64,000 nucleotides of DNA, taken from positions 2,844,345 to 2,908,344 of the forward strand of contig CM082579.2 in assembly GCA_040954595.2 (NCBI GenBank), written 5' to 3'. The translations under genes and the position numbers were made by a program. Shown here one piece after another: positions 54,901 to 64,000 of this stretch (within the stretch, counting starts at the first letter, position 1; each line of letters starts with the position of its first letter). This stretch comes from Balanoglossus misakiensis (taxonomy: Eukaryota; Animalia; Hemichordata). A model generated the notes under the pieces. The model was not told the DNA's origin. It worked only from the letters and a program-made list of their open reading frames with translations, and made no database searches.

Positions 54901-57900
54901 TTGAAAAAATCATGGGTTATAGCTCAGGAAAATCATCAAAATTCGACGATTTTTCGACTTTCCGAAATCTCAAAATTTCGTCGATTTTTGAAAAAATCAT
55001 GGGTTATAGCTCAGGAAAATCATCAAAAATCGACGATTTTTCGACTTTCCAAAATCTCAAAATTTCGTCGATTTTTGAAAAAATCATGGGTTATAGCTCA
55101 GGAAAATCATCAAAAATCGACGATTTTTCGACTTTCCGAAATCTCAAAATTTCGTCGATTTTTGAAAAAATCATGGGTTATAGCTCAGGAAAATCATCAA
55201 AAATCGACGATTTTTCGACTTTTCGAAATCTCAAAATTTCGTCGATTTTTGAAAAAATCATGGGTTATAGCTCAGGAAAATCATCAAAAATCGACGATTT
55301 TTCGACTTTTCGAAATCTCAAAATTTCGTCGATTTTTGAAAAAATCATGGGTTATAGCTCAGGAAAATCATCAAAAATCGACGATTTTTCGACTTTTCGA
55401 AATCTCAAAATTTCGTCGATTTTTGAAAAAATCATGGGTTATAGCTCAGGAAAATCATCAAAAATCGACGATTTTTCGACTTTTCGAAATCTCAAAATTT
55501 CGTCGATTTTTGAAAAAATCATGGGTTATAGCTCAGGAAAATCATCAAAAATCGACGATTTTTCGACTTTCCGAAATCTCAAAATTTCGTCGATTTTTGA
55601 AAAAATCATGGGTTATAGCTCAGGAAAATCATCAAAAATCGACGATTTTTCGACTTTCCGAAATCTCAAAATTTCGTCGATTTTTGAAAAAATCATGGGT
55701 TATAGCTCAGGAAAATCATCAAAAATCGACGATTTTTCGACTTTCCGAAATCTCAAAATTTCGTCGATTTTTGAAAAAATCATGGGTTATAGCTCAGGAA
55801 AATCATCAAAAATCGACGATTTTTCGACTTTCCGAAATCTCAAAATTACGTCGATTTTTGAAAAAATCATGGGTTATAGCTCAGGAAAATCATCAAAAAT
55901 CGACGATTTTTCGACTTTCCGAAATCTCAAAATTTCGTCGATTTTTGAAAAAATCATGGGTTATAGCTCAGGAAAATCATCAAATATCGACGATTTTTCG
56001 ACTTTCCGAAATCTCAAAATTTCGTCGATTTTTGAAAAAATCATGGGTTATAGCTCAGGAAAATCATCAAAAATCGACGATTTTTCGACTTTCCGAAATC
56101 ACAAAATTTCGTCGATTTTTGAAAAAATCATGGGTTATAGCTCAGGAAAATCATCAAAAATCGACGATTTTTCGACTTTCCGAAATCTCAAAATTTCGTC
56201 GATTTTTGAAAAAATCATGGGTTATAGCTCAGGAAAATCATCAAAAATCGACGATTTTTCGACTTTCCGAAATCTCAAAATTTCGTCGATTTTTGAAAAA
56301 ATCATGGGTTATAGCTCAGGAAAATCATCAAAAATCGACGATTTTTCGACTTTCCGAAATCTCAAAATTTCGTCGATTTTTGAAAAAATCATGGGTTATA
56401 GCTCAGGAAAATCATCAAAAATCGACTATTTTTCGACTTTCCGAAATCTCAAAATTTCGTCGATTTTTGAAAAAATCATGGGTTATAGCTCAGGAAAATC
56501 ATCAAAAATCGACGATTTTTCGACTTTCCGAAATCTCAAAATTTCGTCATTTTTTGAAAAAATCATGGGTTATAGCTCAGGAAAATCATCAAAATTCGAC
56601 GATTTTTCGACTTTCCGAAATCTCAAAATTTCGTCGATTTTTGAAAAAATCATGGGTTATAGCTCAGGAAAATCATCAAAAATCGACGATTTTTCGACTT
56701 TTCGAAATCTCAAAATTTCGTCGATTTTTGAAAAAATCATGGGTTATAGCTCAGGAAAATCATCAAAAATCGACGATTTTTCGACTTTTCGAAATCTCAA
56801 AATTTCGTCGATTTTTGAAAAAATCATGGGTTATAGCTCAGGAAAATCATCAAAAATCGACGATTTTTCGACTTTCCGAAATCTCAAAATTTCGTCGATT
56901 TTTGAAAAAATCATGGGTTATAGCTCAGGAAAATCATCAAAAATCGACGATTTTTCGACTTTCCGAAATCTCAAAATTTCGTCGATTTTTGAAAAAATCA
57001 TGGGTTATAGCTCAGGAAAATCATCAAAAATCGACGATTTTTCGACTTTCCGAAATCTCAAAATTTCGTCGATTTTTGAAAAAATCATGGGTTATAGCTC
57101 AGGAAAATCATCAAAAATCGACGATTTTTCGACTTTCCGAAATCTCAAAATTTCGTCGATTTTTGAAAAAATCATGGGTTATAGCTCAGGAAAATCATCA
57201 AAAATCGACGATTTTTCGACTTTCCGAAATCTCAAAATTTCGTCGATTTTTGAAAAAATCATGGGTTATAGCTCAGGAAAATCATCAAATATCGACGATT
57301 TTTCGACTTTCCGAAATCTCAAAATTTCGTCGATTTTTGAAAAAATCATGGGTTATAGCTAGGGAAAATCATCAAAAATCGACGATTTTTCGACTTTCCG
57401 AAATCACAAAATTTCGTCGATTTTTGAAAAAATCATGGGTTATAGCTCAGGAAAATCATCAAAAATCGACGATTTTTCGACTTTCCGAAATCTCAAAATT
57501 TCGTCGATTTTTGAAAAAATCATGGGTTATAGCTCAGGAAAATCATCAAAAATCGACGATTTTTCGACTTTCCGAAATCTCAAAATTTCGTCGATTTTTG
57601 AAAAAATCATGGGTTATAGCTCAGGAAAATCATCAAAAATCGACGATTTTTCGACTTTCCGAAATCTCAAAATTTCGTCGATTTTTGAAAAAATCATGGG
57701 TTATAGCTCAGGAAAATCATCAAAAATCGACGATTTTTCGACTTTCCGAAATCTCAAAATTTCGTCATTTTTTGAAAAAATCATGGGTTATAGCTCAGGA
57801 AAATCATCAAAATTCGACGATTTTTCGACTTTCCGAAATCTCAAAATTTCGTCGATTTTTGAAAAAATCATGGGTTATAGCTCAGGAAAATCATCAAAAA

Positions 57901-60900
57901 TCGACGATTTTTCGACTTTCCGAAATCTCAAAATTTCGTCGATTTTTGAAAAAATCATGGGTTATAGCTCAGGAAAATCATCAAAAATCGACGATTTTTC
58001 GACTTTCCGAAATCTCAAAATTTCGTCGATTTTTGAAAAAATCATGGGTTATAGCTCAGGAAAATCATCGAAAATCGACGATTTTTCGACTTTCCGAAAT
58101 CTCAAAATTTCGTCGATTTTTGAAAAAATCATGGGTTATAGCTCAGGAAAATCATCGAAAATCGACGATTTTTCGACTTTCCGAAATCTCAAAATTTCGT
58201 CGATTTTTGAAAAAATCATGGGTTATAGCTCAGGAAAATCATCGAAAATCGACGATTTTTCGACTTTCCGAAATCTCAAAATTTCGTCGATTTTTGAAAA
58301 AATCATGGGTTATAGCTCAGGAAAATCATCAAAAATCGACGATTTTTCGACTTTCCGAAATCACAAAATTTCGTCGATTTTTGAAAAAATCATGGGTTAT
58401 AGCTCAGGAAAATCATCAAAAATCGACGATTTTTCGACTTTCCGAAATCTCAAAATTTCGTCGATTTTTGAAAAAATCATGGGTTATAGCTCAGGAAAAT
58501 CATCATAAATCGACGATTTTTCGACTTTCCGAAATCTCAAAATTTCGTCATTTATTGAAAAAATCATGGGTTATAGCTCAGGAAAATCATCAAAATTCGA
58601 CGATTTTTCGACTTTCCGAAATCTCAAAATTTCGTCATTTTTTGAAAAAATCATGGGTTATAGCTCAGGAAAATCATCAAAATTCGACGATTTTTCGACT
58701 TTCCGAAATCTCAAAATTTCGTCGATTTTTGAAAAAATCATGGGTTATAGCTCAGGAAAATCATCAAAAATCGACGATTTTTCGACTTTCCGAAATCTCA
58801 AAATTTCGTCGATTTTTGAAAAAATCATGGGTTATATAGCTCAGGAAAATCATCAAAAATCGACGATTTTTCGACTTTCCGAAATCTCAAAATTTCGTCG
58901 ATTTTTGAAAAAATCATGGGTTATAGCTCAGGAAAATCATCAAAAATCGACGATTTTTCGACTTTTCGAAATCTCAAAATTTCGTCGATTTTTGAAAAAA
59001 TCATGGGTTATAGCTCAGGAAAATCATCAAAAATCGACGATTTTTCGACTTTTCGAAATCTCAAAATTTCGTCGATTTTTGAAAAAATCATGGGTTATAG
59101 CTCAGGAAAATCATCAAAAATCGACGATTTTTCGACTTTTCGAAATCTCAAAATTTCGTCGATTTTTGAAAAAATCATGGGTTATAGCTCAGGAAAATCA
59201 TCAAAAATCGACGATTTTTCGACTTTCCGAAATCTCAAAATTTCGTCGATTTTTGAAAAAATCATGGGTTATAGCTCAGGAAAATCATCAAAAATCGACG
59301 ATTTTTCGACTTTCCGAAATCTCAAAATTTCGTCGATTTTTGAAAAAATCATGGGTTATAGCTCAGGAAAATCATCAAAAATCGACGATTTTTCGACTTT
59401 CCGAAATCTCAAAATTTCGTCGATTTTTGAAAAAATCATGGGTTATAGCTCAGGAAAATCATCAAAAATCGACGATTTTACGACTTTCCGAAATCTCAAA
59501 ATTTCGTCGATTTTTGAAAAAATCATGGGTTATAGCTCAGGAAAATCATCAAAAATCGACGATTTTTCGACTTTCCGAAATCTCAAAATTTCGTCGATTT
59601 TTGAAAAAATCATGGGTTATAGCTCAGGAAAATCATCAAATATCGACGATTTTTCGACTTTCCGAAATCTCAAAATTTCGTCGATTTTTGAAAAAATCAT
59701 GGGTTATAGCTCAGGAAAATCATCAAATATCGACGATTTTTCGACTTTCCGAAATCTCAAAATTTCGTCGATTTTTGAAAAAATCATGGGTTATAGCTCA
59801 GGAAAATCATCAAAAATCGACGATTTTTCGACTTTCCGAAATCACAAAATTTCGTCGATTTTTGAAAAAATCATGGGTTATAGCTCAGGAAAATCATCAA
59901 AAATCGACGATTTTTCGACTTTCCGAAATCTCAAAATTTCGTCGATTTTTGAAAAAATCATGGGTTATAGCTCAGGAAAATCATCAAAAATCGACGATTT
60001 TTCGACTTTCCGAAATCTCAAAATTTCGTCGATTTTTGAAAAAATCATGGGTTATAGCTCAGGAAAATCATCAAAAATCGACGATTTTTCGACTTTTCGA
60101 AATCTCAAAATTTCGTCGATTTTTGAAAAAATCATGGGTTATAGCTCAGGAAAATCATCAAAAATCGTCGATTTTTCGACTTTTCGAAATCTCAAAATTT
60201 CGTCGATTTTTGAAAAAATCATGGGTTATAGCTCAGGAAAATCATCAAAAATCGACGATTTTTCGACTTTCCGAAATCACAAAATTTCGTCGATTTTTGA
60301 AAAAATCATGGGTTATAGCTCAGGAAAATCATCAAAATTCGACGATTTTTCGACTTTCCGAAATCTCAAAATTTCGTCGATTTTTGAAAAAATCATGGGT
60401 TATAGCTCAGGAAAATCATCAAAATTCGACGATTTTTCGACTTTCCGAAATCTCAAAATTTCGTCGATTTTTGAAAAAATCATGGGTTATAGCTCAGGAA
60501 AATCATCAAAAATCGACGATTTTTCGACTTTCCGAAATCTCAAAATTTCGTCGATTTTTGAAAAAATCATGGGTTATAGCTCAGGAAAATCATCAAAAAT
60601 CGACGATTTTTCGACTTTCCGAAATCTCAAAATTTCGTCGATTTTTGAAAAAATCATGGGTTATAGCTCAGGAAAATCATCAAAAATCGACGATTTTTCG
60701 ACTTTCCGAAATCACTAAATTTCGTCGATTTTTGAAAAAATCATGGGTTATAGCTCAGGAAAATCATCAAAAATCGACGATTTTTCGACTTTCCGAAATC
60801 ACAAAATTTCGTCGATTTTTGAAAAAATCATGGGTTATAGCTCAGGAAAATCATCAAAAATCGACGATTTTTCGACTTTCCGAAATCTCAAAATTTCGTC

Positions 60901-62134
60901 GATTTTTGAAAAAATCATGGGTTATAGCTCAGGAAAATCATCAAAAATCGACGATTTTTCGACTTTTCGAAATCTCAAAATTTCGTCGATTTTTGAAAAA
61001 ATCATGGGTTATAGCTCAGGAAAATCATCAAAAATCGACGATTTTTCGACTTTTCGAAATCTCATAATTTCGTCGATTTTTGAAAAAATCATGGGTTATA
61101 GCTCAGGAAAATCATCAAAAATCGACGATTTTTCGACTTTCCGAAATCTCAAAATTTCGTCGATTTTTGAAAAAATCATGGGTTATAGCTCAGGAAAATC
61201 ATCAAAAATCGACGATTTTTGGACTTTTCGAAATCTCAAAATTTCGTCGATTTTTGAAAAAATCATGGGTTATAGCTCAGGAAAATCATCAAAAATCGAC
61301 GATTTTTCGAATTTCCGAAATCTCAAAATTTCGTCGATTTTTGAAAAAATCATGGGTTATAGCTCAGGAAAATCATCAAAAATCGACGATTTTTCGACTT
61401 TCCGAAATCACAAAATTTCGTCGATTTTTGAAAAAATCATGGGTTATAGCTCAGGAAAATCATCAAAAATCGACGATTTTTCGACTTTCCGAAATCTCAA
61501 AATTTCGTCGATTTTTGAAAAAATCATGGGTTATAGCTCAGGAAAATCATCAAAAATCGACGATTTTTCGACTTTCCGAAATCTCAAAATTTCGTCGATT
61601 TTTGAAAAAATCATGGGTTATAATCTCAGGAAAATCATCAAAAATCGACGATTTTTCGACTTTCCGAAATCTCAAAATTTCGTCATTTTTTGAAAAAATC
61701 ATGGGTTATAGCTCAGGAAAATCATCAAAAATCGACGATTTTTCGACTTTCCGAAATCTCAAAATTTCGTCGATTTTTGAAAAAATCATGGGTTATAGCT
61801 CAGGAAAATCATCAAAAATCGACGATTTTTCGACTTTCCGAAATCTCAAAATTTGGTCGATTTTCGAAAAAATCATGGGTTATAGCTCAGGAAAATCATC
61901 AAAAATCGACGATTTTTCGACTTTCCGAAATCTCAAAATTTGGTCGATTTTTGAAAAAATCATGGGTTATAGCTCAGGAAAATCATCAAAAATCGACGAT
62001 TTTTCGACTTTCCGAAATCTCAAAATTTCGATGATTTTTGAAAAAATCATGGGTTATAGCTCAGGAAAATCATCAAAAATCGACGATTTTTCGACTTTTC
62101 GAAATCTCAAAATTTCGATGATTTTTGAAAAAAT
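48986..62134 (+). repeat. Homogeneous 87-bp tandem satellite array (about 150 monomers)
   Basis: Consensus tcatgggttatagctcaggaaaatcatcaaaaatcgacgatttttcgactttccgaaatctcaaaatttcgtcgatttttgaaaaaa, with only scattered single-base variants and a few 1-2 bp insertions (about 49956, 53245, 58835, 61623). Confidence 0.98.
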
Positions 62135-64000
62135 CGTCGAATTTTGATGATTTTCCTGAGCTATAACCCATGATTTTTTCAAAAATCGACGAAATTTTGA
62201 GATTTCGGAAAGTCGAAAAATCGTCGATTTTTGATGATTTTCCTGAGCTATAACCCATGATTTTTTCAAAAATCGACGAAATTTTGAGATTTCGGAAAGT
62301 CGAAAAATCGTCGATTTTTGATGATTTTCCTGAGCTATAACCCATGATTTTTTCAAAAATCGACGAAATTTTGAGATTTCGAAAAGTCGAAAAATCGTCG
62401 ATTTTTGATGATTTTCCTGAGCTATAACCCAATTTTTTTCAAAAATCGACGAAATTTTGAGATTTCGAAAAGTCGAAAAATCGTCGATTTTTGATGATTT
62501 TCCTGAGCTATAACCCATGATTTTTTCAAAAATCATCGAAATTTTGAGATTTCGAAAAGTCGATTTTTCGACTTTCCGAAATCTCAAAATTTGGTCGATT
62601 TTTGAAAAAATCATGGGTTATAGCTCAGGAAAATCATCAAAAATCGACGATTTTTCGACTTTCCGAAATCTCAAAATTTCGTCGATTTTTGAAAAAATCA
62701 TGGGTTATAGCTCAGGAAAATCATCAAAAATCGACGATTTTTCGACTTTCCGAAATCTCAAAATTTCGTCGATTTTTGAAAAAATCATGGGTTATAGCTC
62801 AGGAAAATCATCAAAAATCGACGATTTTTCGACTTTCCGAAATCTCAAAATTTCGTCGATTTTTGAAAAAATCATGGGTTATAATCTCAGGAAAATCATC
62901 AAAAATCGACGATTTTTCGACTTTCCGAAATCTCAAAATTTCGTCATTTTTTGAAAAAATCATGGGTTATAGCTCAGGAAAATCATCAAAAATCGACGAT
63001 TTTTCGACTTTCCGAAATCTCAAAATTTCGTCGATTTTTGAAAAAATCATGGGTTATAGCTCAGGAAAATCATCAAAAATCGACGATTTTTCGACTTTCC
63101 GAAATCTCAAAATTTGGTCGATTTTCGAAAAAATCATGGGTTATAGCTCAGGAAAATCATCAAAAATCGACGATTTTTCGACTTTCCGAAATCTCAAAAT
63201 TTGGTCGATTTTTGAAAAAATCATGGGTTATAGCTCAGGAAAATCATCAAAAATCGACGATTTTTCGACTTTCCGAAATCTCAAAATTTCGATGATTTTT
63301 GAAAAAATCATGGGTTATAGCTCAGGAAAATCATCAAAAATCGACGATTTTTCGACTTTTCGAAATCTCAAAATTTCGATGATTTTTGAAAAAATCGTCG
63401 AATTTTGATGATTTTCCTGAGCTATAACCCATGATTTTTTCAAAAATCGACGAAATTTTGAGATTTCGGAAAGTCGAAAAATCGTCGATTTTTGATGATT
63501 TTCCTGAGCTATAACCCATGATTTTTTCAAAAATCGACGAAATTTTGAGATTTCGGAAAGTCGAAAAATCGTCGATTTTTGATGATTTTCCTGAGCTATA
63601 ACCCATGATTTTTTCAAAAATCGACGAAATTTTGAGATTTCGAAAAGTCGAAAAATCGTCGATTTTTGATGATTTTCCTGAGCTATAACCCAATTTTTTT
63701 CAAAAATCGACGAAATTTTGAGATTTCGAAAAGTCGAAAAATCGTCGATTTTTGATGATTTTCCTGAGCTATAACCCATGATTTTTTCAAAAATCATCGA
63801 AATTTTGAGATTTCGAAAAGTCGATTTTTCGACTTTCCGAAATCTCAAAATTTGGTCGATTTTTGAAAAAATCATGGGTTATAGCTCAGGAAAATCATCA
63901 AAAATCGACGATTTTTCGACTTTCCGAAATCTCAAAATTTCGTCGATTTTTGAAAAAATCATGGGTTATAGCTCAGGAAAATCATCAAAAATCGACGATT
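62135..64000. repeat. 87-bp satellite in alternating orientation, forming a 1261-bp higher-order repeat; runs off the window end
   Basis: Reverse blocks at about 62135-62563 and 63396-63824, forward blocks at about 62566-63395 and from 63827. Junctions and rare variants recur exactly 1261 bp apart. Confidence 0.93.

Noticed and set aside
48976-63875. Very long ORFs (up to 1863 aa) of 29-aa repeats
   Set aside because: The 87-bp unit is a multiple of 3 and lacks stops in two frames. The ORFs overlap in both frames, swap at indels, are broken by random stops and flip strand with the array. No evidence of coding selection.
48986-64000. CRISPR-like or telomeric array
   Set aside because: No unique spacers and a eukaryotic context. 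There is only one GGGTTA hexamer per monomer and no (TTAGGG)n run.

Overview
Intron-rich animal genomic DNA, probably from an invertebrate bilaterian or deuterostome (inferred from the gene set). About 48 kb is genic. Four genes were rebuilt exon by exon with consistent splice phases: the 3' part of ARHGEF17 (+, 14 exons, start outside the window), a complete CHIC1/2 (-, 167 aa), a complete POMP (-, 141 aa), and a complete VEGFR-type receptor tyrosine kinase (+, about 1432 aa). The receptor has 8 rather than 7 Ig domains and a probable second signal-peptide first exon. CHIC, POMP and VEGFR are genes that flank vertebrate ParaHox clusters, but here they sit together with no homeobox gene between them. 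From about 48260 to the window end lies an 87-bp satellite array in three layers: a diverged inverted 86-bp block, about 150 homogeneous monomers, and a 1261-bp higher-order repeat with an internal inversion. The very long ORFs in that region are artefacts of the repeat.
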